This document shows positions 19,154 through 30,417 of a stretch of 64,000 nucleotides of DNA, piece by piece. The position numbers and the translations under genes are program-made. How positions within the stretch are numbered: position 1 is the first letter of the stretch; every line of letters begins with the position of its first letter. Below the pieces are notes generated by a model. It made no database searches, had not been told where the DNA came from, and was given only the letters and a program-made list of their open reading frames with translations. Source of the DNA: Candidatus Bathyarchaeum tardum (GTDB lineage Archaea; Thermoproteota; Bathyarchaeia; Bathyarchaeales; Bathyarchaeaceae); assembly GCA_024650005.2 (NCBI GenBank), contig CP122380.1:288001-352000 (forward strand), given 5' to 3'.

Positions 19154-19960
19154 GTGCGCAATATTCCACAAATCATTCTTTTTTCTTTTTTGTCAGTGAC
19201 GATTTTAGTTAGTTTTTTTGTTGTAATCCCAACGGCAGTCCTGCCCGTTAACGGTCAGGTGATTTCAGATGATTGGAAAGGTTACCTTGAATCTTATCTT
19301 CTTGAAGTTGATGAAAACACTACTGCTGAGATAGTAATCTATGTTTTGGACTCTTTGTATGGGCACGGAATAATGAAAGATGGTGTCGAAATTAACGACA
19401 AAGTCCAACTTGGTGTGTATATCTTCAATGAGTTGGAACTAGACACACCTTATGGTTCTGTGGTGGGACTCGGAAAGGCTGAAAAAAACAACGGGATTCT
19501 GATTCTTGTTGCAATGCAAGACCGGGAATGGAGAATTGAAATTGGGTACGGATTGGAAGGTTACATAACAGATGTAGAATCATATAGAATAGCAAATTCA
19601 ACTTTGGTTCCCAAATTTCAAAAAGGTCTTTATGGTGAAGGTTTTGCGGACCTTGTTTATGCTCTTGCTCAAGAGATACCTAGTGTAAACGAATCTGAAC
19701 GAATGTCAACCCGAGGACGATACGTGTACGACGGCGCACAGTCCTCCCAAGCGTATGATAATGAAGAAACCCCATGGTGGGTTATTGTGATTATAGTAAT
19801 CTTTGTGCTCATAATGATTAAGTATGGTGGCTATTTTGGTGGCCTCGGACGAGGCAGACGCCACGGAGGCTGGGGAGGCGGCTATGGCGGTGGTGGTGGC
19901 TCTGGAGGGGGCGGAGGCGGTGGAGGCTCAGGTGGAGGCGGCTCCGGTGGAGGCTGGTAA
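19154..19960 (+). CDS. TPM-domain membrane protein with Gly-rich tail
   Basis: NNGILILVAMQDREWRIEIGYGLEG motif; GGGSGGGGSGGGW end; classic LemA partner. Confidence 0.88.
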   Translation: MRNIPQIILFSFLSVTILVSFFVVIPTAVLPVNGQVISDDWKGYLESYLLEVDENTTAEIVIYVLDSLYGHGIMKDGVEINDKVQLGVYIFNELELDTPYGSVVGLGKAEKNNGILILVAMQDREWRIEIGYGLEGYITDVESYRIANSTLVPKFQKGLYGEGFADLVYALAQEIPSVNESERMSTRGRYVYDGAQSSQAYDNEETPWWVIVIIVIFVLIMIKYGGYFGGLGRGRRHGGWGGGYGGGGGSGGGGGGGGSGGGGSGGGW

Positions 19961-19978
19961 GCCTCTTTAAAACATGCC

Positions 19979-20788
19979 TTATTCCATTGGAACCAGTTTT
20001 ATTTCAAATAGTTTGGACCAAAACTTTCCAGTAACAAAGAACCTGTTTTCGTTTTGGTCGTAGGCAATTCCGTTGAGCACATCACGGCTTGTTTGATTAA
20101 CTAAATCTTTGAGACCTGTTAGGTCAATCTGTCCTGTGACGTTTCCGGTTTTGGGGTTGATTATTACGATTGTATCTTCTTGCCAAATGTTAGCGTAAAT
20201 GCTTCCGTTGATGTATTCGAGTTCATTGAGCATCGTTACGGGACCTTCTTCGTTGTATACGTCAATTTGATTTATGATTTCAAAGGTTTGGGGGTCCAAA
20301 AAATTCAGAGTTGATGTCCCATTACTCATTATTAACATACTGCCATTATGAGTTAATCCCCAACCTTCAGTTGTGTAATTGAAAGTTCGTAATAATTCAA
20401 AAGTGGTTTTATTGTAAACAAAGCCGATATTTGACGTCCAAGTTAGTTGAATAATTTCGTCTTTGAAAACGGTTATTCCTTCACCAAATAAATTATTAGA
20501 AAGCGAAATTTGTTGTTTTACTTCTCCAGTTTCTATGTCTACCCGACGGAGTGTTGAATGTCCTTCAAGTCCAGTTCCTTCATACAAAATTCCATCTTCA
20601 ATGACCAGACCTTGTGTGAATGCTGATTCGTCATGTGGGTAACTGTTTATGATTTCATATGTGTGATAAAATGCTTCTTGGGGTTCCGACGGTTCATTGA
20701 TTGTGTTATTATGTAAAATAAACGCAATAGAAAAAACTGCTACTACAACCAAAAAAGTAACAATAACTATGCTGTTCTGTCGTTTCAT
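19979..20788 (-). CDS. glutaminyl-peptide cyclotransferase
   Basis: YPHD..AFTQGL, FGEGIT, EGWGLT, LNELEY and VLNGIAYD..VTGKFW motifs. Confidence 0.92.
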   Translation of the reverse strand: MKRQNSIVIVTFLVVVAVFSIAFILHNNTINEPSEPQEAFYHTYEIINSYPHDESAFTQGLVIEDGILYEGTGLEGHSTLRRVDIETGEVKQQISLSNNLFGEGITVFKDEIIQLTWTSNIGFVYNKTTFELLRTFNYTTEGWGLTHNGSMLIMSNGTSTLNFLDPQTFEIINQIDVYNEEGPVTMLNELEYINGSIYANIWQEDTIVIINPKTGNVTGQIDLTGLKDLVNQTSRDVLNGIAYDQNENRFFVTGKFWSKLFEIKLVPME

Positions 20789-20968
20789 TGAAATCTACAG
20801 TAATTTCTGGGTTTTGTTCTTTTAACCTTTGATACACAATTTTTGTTCGGTGCTTCCATAGTAACTGAAACAACCTTAATGCCTTGGGTGAAATGCATTT
20901 CAATTAACAATGTTTTTCTGGGTTTTCACTTTTTTGCTCAATATTCAAGTAAAAGTAACCAAAAATTT

Positions 20969-22255
20969 CTATATGGCAAGCTCATTTTCTTCCAAAAACT
21001 TTCTAACTTTTTCGTAAGCTGTTATTCGTTCTGAGGCAGTAAAATCTGAAGTTTCAAACACTGGGTACGCTCCTGAAACATCATCGACCGGCCAGTCCAG
21101 CAGTTCTTCTTGATCATAATTTAACCATCTACCATTTTGTTCGACCCAATCCCAAAACTTTGTTCCAAAAATTGGAGTCGCCATGCTCAAATGAACACCA
21201 TCAACATTGGTTTTTTTAACAAAATCTATGAGTTTGTCTGCAGATTTGGTGTTGTCCCCAGGGTTTCCAATCATCAAAAATGCGTTGGCTTGTATTCCAG
21301 ATTTTTGAGCTGTTTTTATTGCATTTTCTATTTGCTGCATGGTTACTCCTTTATTTATTAACAAATTCACTTCGGGGTCAACTGATTCAACGCCAAAATT
21401 GATTGCAGTACATCCTGCTTTCTTTAGCTTGGATGCTAACTCATTGGTCATGTGGTCAGCTCTTAATCCATTCCAGAAATAGATATCTAGATTCCAATTT
21501 TTTGCGATTATGCCTTCTAGAATCTTTATTGCACGTTTCAAATCAACTGTAAAATTGTCATCAAGAACACTCAAAATTGAAATTCCGTGTTCGTTCAGTA
21601 GTTGTTCAATTTCTTCCAGAACATATTCTGGACTGTGACCCCGCCATAATCTTCCAAAAACTGGTCTGCTACAAAAAATGCACTGATGAGGACAGCCCCG
21701 GGAAGTAAATATGACACCGGCGTTTTCTTTGTATAACTCCATTTTTAGTTCTTCTCGAGCAGGATGCGGAATTTTGTCTAGTGGACTGATGGGTTTGGAT
21801 AGAATGTTATTTTTGATTTTGTTTGAATTTCTGAACGTTAATCCTTCAACAGAGTTTAGATTGTTTTGGGTTTGTAATTGTTTGACTAATTCAAGGAACG
21901 TGTTTTCTGCCTCTCCCCTGAGTAAGGCATCGATTTCTTTGTGTCGGGTTAAAATACTGGATTCTATCATGCTTGCGTATGGACCGCCCATTACTACAAA
22001 ACTTTCAGGAAGAACATGTTTTGTTTGCTTGGCAATCTCAAGTGCATGCCGAGCATTTGTAACAATAGAAGAAATCCCAACAATCTCTGGTTTTTCACGC
22101 GCTAGATATCTGCTAAGATTTATGTTTTCGACGTTTAAATCAATGATTTGGGTTTCAATTTCATGATTTTTTAGTACAGCTGTTAGATATGCTAATCCAA
22201 GAGGTGGTACTTTCAAACATTTGTTTCCAGGAGGATGAATTAGAGCAACTTTCAT
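20969..22255 (-). CDS. B12-binding radical SAM protein
   Basis: PPLGLAYL; B12-binding domain GGPYAS; TSRGCPHQCIFC. Confidence 0.9.
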   Translation of the reverse strand: MKVALIHPPGNKCLKVPPLGLAYLTAVLKNHEIETQIIDLNVENINLSRYLAREKPEIVGISSIVTNARHALEIAKQTKHVLPESFVVMGGPYASMIESSILTRHKEIDALLRGEAENTFLELVKQLQTQNNLNSVEGLTFRNSNKIKNNILSKPISPLDKIPHPAREELKMELYKENAGVIFTSRGCPHQCIFCSRPVFGRLWRGHSPEYVLEEIEQLLNEHGISILSVLDDNFTVDLKRAIKILEGIIAKNWNLDIYFWNGLRADHMTNELASKLKKAGCTAINFGVESVDPEVNLLINKGVTMQQIENAIKTAQKSGIQANAFLMIGNPGDNTKSADKLIDFVKKTNVDGVHLSMATPIFGTKFWDWVEQNGRWLNYDQEELLDWPVDDVSGAYPVFETSDFTASERITAYEKVRKFLEENELAI

Positions 22256-22593
22256 AGTAATAACGCCGCTATTGACTGAATAACAGATATTCGGTTTTTA
22301 ATTAAAAACTATGCACGGAGGGACAAGTTTCCTGTGTTTTTGGTAAAATTGTCTCTTGATACAACGGCATGTTTTTGCGCCCCAAAAACGTTAAAAGTAA
22401 ATTATCACCAATATAATTTGGGCAATATCTAAAATATATTAAAAAATCAGTTGAATTGAATACGAATATAAAAATATGGCAAATAATAGGAAACTTGCGG
22501 TCTCATAAATATTCGTTGCTGATCTAGGAATTAATTTCTCTGCGAACAATTTTAGATAGAACCTAGAAAATTAGTTGGGAAGCAGGGGATAAA

Positions 22594-22869
22594 ATGAAAA
22601 TAAAAACTGTTTTGTTAATGCTTGTTGGGGGAGTAATTCTTGCATTAATGTCTGCATTATATTCACAAGATATGACTGTGGGCTTGGGTGCAACAATAAC
22701 CGGGTATGGTTTACCTTGGTTATGGCTGGAAAAAGTGACCACTATTGTACCCGGAAGCCCTGAAACTTTCTCTTTGTATGGGTCGGGGTTGAATTTATTG
22801 GGTGATATTGCATTTTGGAGCATCATTGTCGCGGTGACATATTTTGTGTATCTACAAATCAAAAGCTGA
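22594..22869 (+). CDS. small membrane protein
   Basis: TM-YGLPWLWL-TM architecture; GGGG Shine-Dalgarno. Confidence 0.65.
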   Translation: MKIKTVLLMLVGGVILALMSALYSQDMTVGLGATITGYGLPWLWLEKVTTIVPGSPETFSLYGSGLNLLGDIAFWSIIVAVTYFVYLQIKS

Positions 22870-23099
22870 ACATTACGTTAGCTGATTATGAAAAAACAAC
22901 CCTTTAACTTCTGCACGGTTTAGCTGAATACTGGATTAAACGGATGAAATGTGCCTCAATTGTCGTCAAAACACCAAATGATCAGTTCTGAGTAACGAGA
23001 TTTTTTTCAAATCAAAAATATTGAAAATAAAAAAATGAAAATATGGTTGGGTCCACAAGAGTGAACCCTAACTTGTGTTCAAATTGTGGTGCTGCTTGG

Positions 23100-24206
23100 C
23101 TATTTCCACGGTAGTTTGAATCGCCCTGTTGCAGATTTCTTTTTCTGGGCTTTAAGGAATGCACTGTCTACTCCAGTTATGACCACCATGACGTTGGCTT
23201 TGCCTTCTAGTTCGGGGTCAACTTTTGCTCCCCAAATGACTGGCGAGTTTGGTGGCATGTATCGTTTGATTAGTTCTCCTCCACGGTGAACTTCTTCTAG
23301 GGTCATGTCTTCTCCACCGGAGATGTGTATCAGCACACCCTTAGCCTTTGTGATGTCTTCAACATCAAGCAAGCGTTCATTCAAAGCGCGTTCAACAGCA
23401 TGTTCAACTTTTCCTTCACCAAAGCCTTGACCAATTCCAATTGAAGCGATACCCGCTTCGTGCATGATTGTTCTCAAATCTGCATAGTCGAGGTTAATTA
23501 AGCTCGCACAAGTGATGGTTTCAGTGACTCCTTTGACGAATTTTCCAATAGTTGTGTTAGCTACACCTAAGGCTTCTTTGAATGGCAGATTACCTGCAAT
23601 GTGATTTAGTCTGTCGTTGTCAATAATAACCACAGTATCACAGTACTGTTTTAGTTCCTGAATTGCAGATTTTGCTGCTTTCATTCTTGCAGTTTCAATC
23701 TGGAATGGAAGAGTTGCCACACCTACGAGCAAACGTGGAACCGGGTCGTTTTCAAATTTTGCTTTTAATTCTTTTGCGAGTTGAACAATACCTCCAGTTC
23801 CGGTTCCTCCACCTAAACCTGCTATGAGGAACAAAATGTTAGAGTTTCCAACTTCCGTGAAGACTTCTTCAATGCTTTCATGCATTGCTACTTCTCCTAC
23901 TTTTGCGTAACCTCCACATCCAAGACCTTTGCATGTGTTTTCTCCGATTAAGATTCGATTGTCAGCTTTGCTGATGGTCAGGTGTACTGCATCTGTGTTT
24001 ACAGAGATGAGTCTTCCGCCGGTTACACCTTCGTCTTTTACCCAAGAAATGATGTTGCATCCTGCTCCACCAATGCCTACCGCCATGACGGAAGGTTTTG
24101 AGTTTGCAGCGTATTTTTCTAATTTTTCTTGGTCTGCAAGCACGTTTGCTCGTGCAAGCATTAGTTGTCTTTCTAACTCCTTAACTTGATTTATTTGATC
24201 TGACAT
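23100..24206 (-). CDS. ftsZ: cell division protein FtsZ
   Basis: GIGGAGCN, NTD, tubulin signature GLGGGTGTG and T7 loop INLDYAD. Confidence 0.93.
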   Translation of the reverse strand: MSDQINQVKELERQLMLARANVLADQEKLEKYAANSKPSVMAVGIGGAGCNIISWVKDEGVTGGRLISVNTDAVHLTISKADNRILIGENTCKGLGCGGYAKVGEVAMHESIEEVFTEVGNSNILFLIAGLGGGTGTGGIVQLAKELKAKFENDPVPRLLVGVATLPFQIETARMKAAKSAIQELKQYCDTVVIIDNDRLNHIAGNLPFKEALGVANTTIGKFVKGVTETITCASLINLDYADLRTIMHEAGIASIGIGQGFGEGKVEHAVERALNERLLDVEDITKAKGVLIHISGGEDMTLEEVHRGGELIKRYMPPNSPVIWGAKVDPELEGKANVMVVITGVDSAFLKAQKKKSATGRFKLPWK

Positions 24207-24426
24207 TCTTTATTCCCACCCAAGGTCAATTTCTATTCACTTTTCTTATAATTATCTAAATATGATATAACTATTATGGCATAGTATTTCGAATGATAAA
24301 TAATTATTTAAAATCAATGTATAAAATCCGGATATTTAATTCAAATTATTGTTTATACTATATTTCGAAATCGGCATATTGCTTATATTTTCAAGGAACG
24401 CTGGAACGCCTAGAGGATACGTGATT

Positions 24427-24840
24427 ATGGAAAATCTGGACATGATGAAGGACTTTGCAAGTACCTTTGTAGGCGATGATTTCTATCTAATCATCAAATC
24501 CAATGCTACGAGTGTTTTAGTTCACACCGTTGAGATCATACAAAAAATCGACGAATCCTGTCAATTCAAAGACATCCCCATAGGTGGATATTTCTTCCGA
24601 ATCAAAGCAGTAGACCCAAACAACCAGCAAGCATACATTTTATGCAACTGGAGCGAACAACTTTTACAAAACCTGCTAACACAACGTGTTAAAGCAAAAG
24701 AAGCAGGTTATAACAAAATCATCATGACCAAAGAAACTGCACCTCATTCAAATGACTGGATTTTAATGTGGGGCGACGAATCAGAAATCCGCAAAAAAGA
24801 AATGATCGAAAAAGCTTCCCACTTAAAATACATCTATTAG
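24427..24840 (+). CDS. hypothetical protein
   Basis: Open frame with normal codon usage, divergent from ftsZ. Confidence 0.6.
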   Translation: MENLDMMKDFASTFVGDDFYLIIKSNATSVLVHTVEIIQKIDESCQFKDIPIGGYFFRIKAVDPNNQQAYILCNWSEQLLQNLLTQRVKAKEAGYNKIIMTKETAPHSNDWILMWGDESEIRKKEMIEKASHLKYIY

Positions 24841-25258
24841 ACAAGTAATTTCATGTTTTCCATTTTTCAAGTTTAGACGTTTTTATTATTAACGCCAAAA
24901 CACGTTGGGGTATCATCAGCTTATGGAAACTTAACATGTTGACCTTGAAATCAAGAGTTAATTAGACATTATATTAAACCCACATTTTTCAATTGTTCAT
25001 ACCCAACAGCGGAAAGGTTCCCGTTTTTTCATGTGCTACAATAATATTTCCATAATGTGCAATTATTAAACCCTGATGTATAGATTACTGCTAAGGTATT
25101 TTTTAGATAAATTTTATTACAGAGATACCTTCTTTAGGGGTGTCATTATAGAAGAGCAAAGTGACATGTTGGGGACTACATGGGGTAAAAGATCAAATAC
25201 ACATGAGCAACACTGCTGCTCCGGGTTATGTGAAATGCACTTGAAAATAAAATAGTGA

Positions 25259-26380
25259 GTGTTTATTGGTATGCGGAAGCTAAAAATTGCTGTTCTGACC
25301 GAGTTTTTCCACCCTCACGTAGGTGGATGTGAGCGGCGGTTAATGGAAATTGGGCGAAGATTAGCTACCAAAGGTCATGACATCCATGTTTTTACAATCC
25401 AATACGACCGTAACTTGCCTAAGAAAGAAAAAATTAACGGCATAATCGTGCACCGGTATGCTCATTCAGAAAATTATGTTTCACTGGATGGCTTTCGTTC
25501 TTTTAGAGGCATTATGAAATACTCATTAATGTCTTTCGTACGATTGCTGGGCACAGATTACGATATTTATTATTTTAATCAGTGGCCAATGCTTCATTCT
25601 ATATTTGCAAAACCTGTAGCTGCTCCCCTAATTCAAGAGTGGTGCGAAGTTTGGACCAACTACACACAAGTAACTTTGATGCAAAAACTACTAAAATATG
25701 CAGGCGACTACCATGTTGCTGTTTCAGATTTTACAAGACAAAGACTATCAAAAATCATGAAGATTGATCCCTCAAAAAGTGTCTTGATTCCTAATGGCGT
25801 CGACTTTGCCAAGTTTAACAGTTCAAGACCCAAAGTTTGGGGGCGCATCGTCTACGCTGGTCGTGTAGTGCCCCATAAACATGTAAAGTTGCTAGTTAAC
25901 GCCTTTTCTGAAGTAAAAAAGAGAATACCCACAGCTGAATTACATATTATAGGCTCTGGTTCCAAACTTCAATCAGTAAAGAAAAGGGCCATGGACATCA
26001 AAGATTGCTATGTTCATGGGTTTCTCCCCGAAGATGAGATGATTGATTTATTAAAAAGCGCTTGGCTTTTTGTTTTGCCCAGCGAAAGAGAAGGCTCCGG
26101 CATTGTAGTCTTAGAGGCGATGGCATCTGGTGTACCCTTTGTTACCATTGATCATCCAGATAACGCCACAAAGGAACTGTGCCTTTTCAAATGCGGCCTT
26201 ACAGTAGAACCAAAGGAAACATCTATTGCAGAAGCAATTACTCAACTTTTTAACAATGAAGAGTTATGGAAGGAAATGCATACTAATGCTTTAAAATTTG
26301 CTAAAAAAAACGATTGGGACATAGTCACAAATTGTATGGAAGATTTTTTTGTCGAGGTAGTGAAAAATGCTAACAAATAG
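25259..26380 (+). CDS. glycosyltransferase family 4
   Basis: FHPHVGGCE, IPNGVD, GRVVPHK and EGSGIVVLEAMASG motifs. Confidence 0.92.
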   Translation: MFIGMRKLKIAVLTEFFHPHVGGCERRLMEIGRRLATKGHDIHVFTIQYDRNLPKKEKINGIIVHRYAHSENYVSLDGFRSFRGIMKYSLMSFVRLLGTDYDIYYFNQWPMLHSIFAKPVAAPLIQEWCEVWTNYTQVTLMQKLLKYAGDYHVAVSDFTRQRLSKIMKIDPSKSVLIPNGVDFAKFNSSRPKVWGRIVYAGRVVPHKHVKLLVNAFSEVKKRIPTAELHIIGSGSKLQSVKKRAMDIKDCYVHGFLPEDEMIDLLKSAWLFVLPSEREGSGIVVLEAMASGVPFVTIDHPDNATKELCLFKCGLTVEPKETSIAEAITQLFNNEELWKEMHTNALKFAKKNDWDIVTNCMEDFFVEVVKNANK

Positions 26381-28535
26381 GCGTTTTTCTACTTATCTTC
26401 CTTGGATGCTTCTACTTTTCATTGTTGTCTTTTCATTTATTGTTTATTTTGTTGGATTAAATCGATATACTGCTCCGCCTGGCTGTGATTACGGAAATTA
26501 CCTTACTCAAGTAGAAATTTTGCGTGGAAACGACTTGAGAGGATGGGGGCTTCGGCACAACCCCGTTTTTTTTGTTGTACTTGATATTTTCCTTAGGCTA
26601 TTTGAAGAGTTCACAGCACTGAAAATTGTAGCTTCTTTGGTCTTTGCAATAATCTCTATTCCATTTTTTCTTCTTGCAAGAAAACTCTCTGGCAATCCCC
26701 TTGTTGCCGTGATTTGTACATGGCTTTTTGTCTTCTTCATCAGCAATTCCGAGATGATTTCGTGGGGCGGCAACCCAAACATTCTAGGTTTTTCTTTCAT
26801 GCTTGTTACTCTATTCTTTTTTGTTGACCTAATGGAAGAACCCTCAAAAAAGAATCTGCTACTTTCAGGTTTTTTCTTGAGCTTAGTCGTTGGAACACAC
26901 ATTCTTGTTGCAATTTGCCTCATCTTTTCTTTTCTAATCTTCTTAATTGCCACAACTTGGGCAAGCAAGGGAATTAACAAAGTTCGAATCAAAAGTTTGT
27001 TTCTTCTAATTTTAGTTGCAATTGTATTTAGCCTACCCTACCTCTCTTTTTACGTTAGCTTTCTCACAAATTCGTCGAGTAACATGGTGGGGATTACACT
27101 GCTTTCAATGCAGATCCCCCAACTATCTTTCGATAGCATACTGGCAATCGGAGAATACTGGGCATTCTTTGTTGTAGCAATCATATTTGTGCTAGGGCTC
27201 TTTGCGCTATCAAAATATGTTAAAGAAGAACACAAGAATAACGGCTTACTTCTCTGCAGTCTTTTCATGTCTCCGCTGATTCTTGCTTTAATTACCGATC
27301 ATCCTATCCGATGGGTCTATTTTCTACCGATCCCCTTGTTTTTATGTTTCGGCATTTATTTACGAGACTTGTTCTTTAACACTAAAACTTCAGAAAAGAC
27401 CGTTAAGTTGCTTGCAATTTGTTTCATAGCAATAATCGGTTTCCACACAACAGTTATGATGTTTTATCATCTCCGTTCCGCCTCAGAAGTTTACCAGTTT
27501 ATAGGACAAGATGAAATCCAAGCGTTAAACTGGATTAAAGAAAATACTGCCCCGAATGCCATATTTGCAACCTCTGGGCATCCCAAAGGGGACATAGGTG
27601 GTGGAGGCAATTCATATTCATGGTGGATTGAAGGATACTGCACACGAGTTTGTATATCTTCTGGGGATCTCACGTACTATTCTTACAAAAATGAGCAAGA
27701 TCAAGTTCAAATTGCTAATCGCATTTTTGCAGGGACATACTTTGCTGAATATGACAACCTTAGAGTTACCGAGGGTTATCCTTCAAACAGCCCAAACCCG
27801 GGGATTTCTGCTTTTCTTGACAAAGATTATCAAGACATGATTAGCTTAAATGATGAGCTGCATCGTTTGTATTTTTCTCCAAACGAAAGTGAACAATTGT
27901 CCGTGTCTGGTTTCTACTCTGAAGATAAGAGTTTAAACATCCAATATGGCGATACTTGGGCAAACATTACTGTTACCTACGATTTGCCTTATTTTGAACT
28001 CGTCCGAAGTGTAATTATGGGTGAAGAAAAGTCTTCAGTGGATGTAGTCTTTCAAATACTGCCCAAAAACTCTTCGTTGACGTTGTTTAAGGTTAATTTG
28101 TGGTCCTTGTTTGAAGCAGCATTGGAAGATTGTAACATCAGTAATGATTATGGGGTTTCCCTTGACTATAATCTACTTGATGAAAGTGCACAAATCCAAA
28201 TCAGTTTGCTAGAAACCAACGGCAAAATTGAGAGCGCCCGAGTATTTTTTGATGACCCAAAAGGGTCTGCGCCAGTTGTGTCTTACTCTTTTGAACCTAT
28301 ACACGAGAGCCTTTATGTTCGTATTAGAGTATTCATTGAATCTTCCACAGATAATGCTGTTGACGATGACGAACTTCAATTTTACAATTCATACGACTTA
28401 ATCAAGGATTTACATATTGATTACATCGTCCTGAACAGGGGTCGACAAAACGAGTTTCAGAGATTTCTTTTCGACTCCGAACACTTTACCGAAGTGTTTC
28501 AAAACAAAGAAGTAGTGATATTCAAAGTCATTTAG
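26367..28535 (+). CDS. multi-pass membrane protein, GT-C/glycosyltransferase-like
   Basis: About 12 TM segments; GCDYGNYL loop; EIQALNWIKENT..WWI motif of the STT3/GT-C-like C-terminal domain; overlaps the GT4 gene. Confidence 0.7.
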   Translation: MLTNRRFSTYLPWMLLLFIVVFSFIVYFVGLNRYTAPPGCDYGNYLTQVEILRGNDLRGWGLRHNPVFFVVLDIFLRLFEEFTALKIVASLVFAIISIPFFLLARKLSGNPLVAVICTWLFVFFISNSEMISWGGNPNILGFSFMLVTLFFFVDLMEEPSKKNLLLSGFFLSLVVGTHILVAICLIFSFLIFLIATTWASKGINKVRIKSLFLLILVAIVFSLPYLSFYVSFLTNSSSNMVGITLLSMQIPQLSFDSILAIGEYWAFFVVAIIFVLGLFALSKYVKEEHKNNGLLLCSLFMSPLILALITDHPIRWVYFLPIPLFLCFGIYLRDLFFNTKTSEKTVKLLAICFIAIIGFHTTVMMFYHLRSASEVYQFIGQDEIQALNWIKENTAPNAIFATSGHPKGDIGGGGNSYSWWIEGYCTRVCISSGDLTYYSYKNEQDQVQIANRIFAGTYFAEYDNLRVTEGYPSNSPNPGISAFLDKDYQDMISLNDELHRLYFSPNESEQLSVSGFYSEDKSLNIQYGDTWANITVTYDLPYFELVRSVIMGEEKSSVDVVFQILPKNSSLTLFKVNLWSLFEAALEDCNISNDYGVSLDYNLLDESAQIQISLLETNGKIESARVFFDDPKGSAPVVSYSFEPIHESLYVRIRVFIESSTDNAVDDDELQFYNSYDLIKDLHIDYIVLNRGRQNEFQRFLFDSEHFTEVFQNKEVVIFKVI

Positions 28536-28684
28536 GCTACCATAAAATGGTATTTAGTCTCGTTAGCAGTTCCTTAGGCGAATATATTGTTAAACAAACG
28601 AAAATTAAGGCATTAGCTTTTTACATAAGACTGTTTTTGATTCAGGCAAAACCACACAAAAGTAAAAACTCAAGCGCCTCCCTG

Positions 28685-29275
28685 TCAAAATAGTGGGAGC
28701 GCGCTGACATAGATTTCAAAATAGTCAACATTTCTGTTTGAAGTAGCAAAAATCATGTTAATCGAGGCGGTTTCTCCGCTTTTCATAATTAAGGTGTAAC
28801 AGCCCCTCAAGGGATCGCCGTGGGAAAGGGTTCCGACAAAGTTTCCTTGCTTATCAAACATGTATACGTCTATACCTACAACACAATCGCTACGGAGTCC
28901 TTGGGAGAATTGAATAATTTCTTCCATGGCGTAGTCATTCCTGATTGTTGCGTTTATTACCACTGCCGGAACACCTTCATGCGGGTCGTAACCGCTGTCA
29001 GCCGTAAAGCTTACGTTGGAATAATCGTACCTCAGAGTTGCTGATTCAAGAAAAATTTTGGTTATTTTATCACTATTGTCTGGAAAATAAGGCGCCCTAG
29101 ATAAATAATGAGAACCAATCGTGATAGTGCCCAAATCTGACAGTGAATCGATTCGTTGATGTGATGACAGAATACTGCTTGCATAAACAGCAACTAGTAA
29201 ACTAACAAGTACAACAATGAGTGCGATTAACAATATCCGGATGTGTCTTCTCAACTCACTCAATCTCTTGGTCAT
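28685..29275 (-). CDS. hypothetical membrane-anchored protein
   Basis: N-terminal TM followed by a beta-rich domain. Confidence 0.6.
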   Translation of the reverse strand: MTKRLSELRRHIRILLIALIVVLVSLLVAVYASSILSSHQRIDSLSDLGTITIGSHYLSRAPYFPDNSDKITKIFLESATLRYDYSNVSFTADSGYDPHEGVPAVVINATIRNDYAMEEIIQFSQGLRSDCVVGIDVYMFDKQGNFVGTLSHGDPLRGCYTLIMKSGETASINMIFATSNRNVDYFEIYVSALPLF

Positions 29276-29769
29276 ATCTGAGGATTAACTACAAAGTACA
29301 ATTTAACTTTTAAACACAACGAATCTAACTGCCTTTTTTTCTATAGTATTAACATATTCGGATTTGCAGAACTGCCCCACAGTGGTTATTGAAATGGTAC
29401 AACAACAAAACCGTAACTAACTTCAGGAACTGCAGTCTTCGAATTTTCTATTGTCACATGTTTTATGGAATCCAACATCCCCTGTTTTCCCCTTAGTTCA
29501 TTCTCTTGGAAATTAGGGCACAATTTAGCTCATGGATTAGAAGTACACGTATTAACTCCTGAACAACCAGTTGAGCCTTTCTATAAAATGTTAACTTTTT
29601 GATAAATCACAATATCTCTAATGTTATTGTCAATTTAATTCAAAGTCAAATAACAAGCGACATTACAAGTTATTTAAACAACTAAATCCACAAACTGGAT
29701 ATTTTTTAAATGCTAAGAGCTTTGACCCAACTAACGATCTTGTCGCCGACCTATTCAAAATAATATAAA

Positions 29770-29874
29770 TGGTGCCGAGGGCCGGACTTGAACCAGCGAC
29801 AACTCGGTCTTCAGCTTCACCCTCAACAACGTTTGTTGTTTAGTCGAGTGCTCTCCCAACTGAGCTACCTCAGC
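29770..29874 (-). tRNA. tRNA-Phe(GAA) with 29-nt non-canonical intron at 30/31 (29816-29844); CCA encoded
   Basis: Acceptor stem GCTGAGG/CCTCGGC. Anticodon stem CTCG^G/CCGAG is restored by splicing. BHB helix CACT/GGTG. Confidence 0.88.
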
Positions 29875-29997
29875 GCCACTCAACATGAACGCCTACTTGT
29901 TTTTTAAGCTTTTTGAAAAGTTCAAGTTTTTCTGTCAGAAAAATTAACAAATACCTTTTATCGAGTCCAATGTTTTAACTTAACGGGTTGACTAATT

Positions 29998-30414
29998 ATG
30001 GATGCACAATGCCCTTTCTGTAACATCGCTAGTGGTGCTGCTTCAGCAAGCATTGTCTATGAAGATAGCAATGTTTTGGCGTTTATGGATTTGAATCCAA
30101 TTAGTGTAGGTCATATGTTAATTATTTCTCGAGAACATTGGACGAACTTGTATGATGTTCCTGAAGGCACATTAAATGAAATGATTGTTATTGTTAAGCG
30201 GGTTGCTGTCGCATTGAAAAAAGCTTTTGGATGTGATGGAATCCGAATAATTCAAAACAACGAACGGTCTGCAGGTCAAGTTGTTATGCATATTCATTTC
30301 CATGTTATACCGACTTTTGCTGGACAAAAACCAGCAACTAGGAATCTTGGGCGTGTAAGACAGAACCGAAAAGAGTTAGATGAAACAGCCCAGAAAATTC
30401 GAGAAAATCTATAA
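29998..30414 (+). CDS. HIT family hydrolase
   Basis: CPFCNI, GHML and AGQVVMHIHFHVIP motifs. Confidence 0.92.
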   Translation: MDAQCPFCNIASGAASASIVYEDSNVLAFMDLNPISVGHMLIISREHWTNLYDVPEGTLNEMIVIVKRVAVALKKAFGCDGIRIIQNNERSAGQVVMHIHFHVIPTFAGQKPATRNLGRVRQNRKELDETAQKIRENL

Positions 30415-30417
30415 TCA

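Noticed and set aside
19850-19960. GC-rich GGN repeat as a DNA repeat or G-quadruplex element
   Set aside because: Explained by the usual Gly-rich tail of TPM-domain proteins.
19979-22255. RiPP cluster (glutaminyl cyclase plus B12 radical SAM)
   Set aside because: No precursor peptide, transporter or protease nearby, and the cyclase is membrane-anchored; adjacency alone is insufficient.
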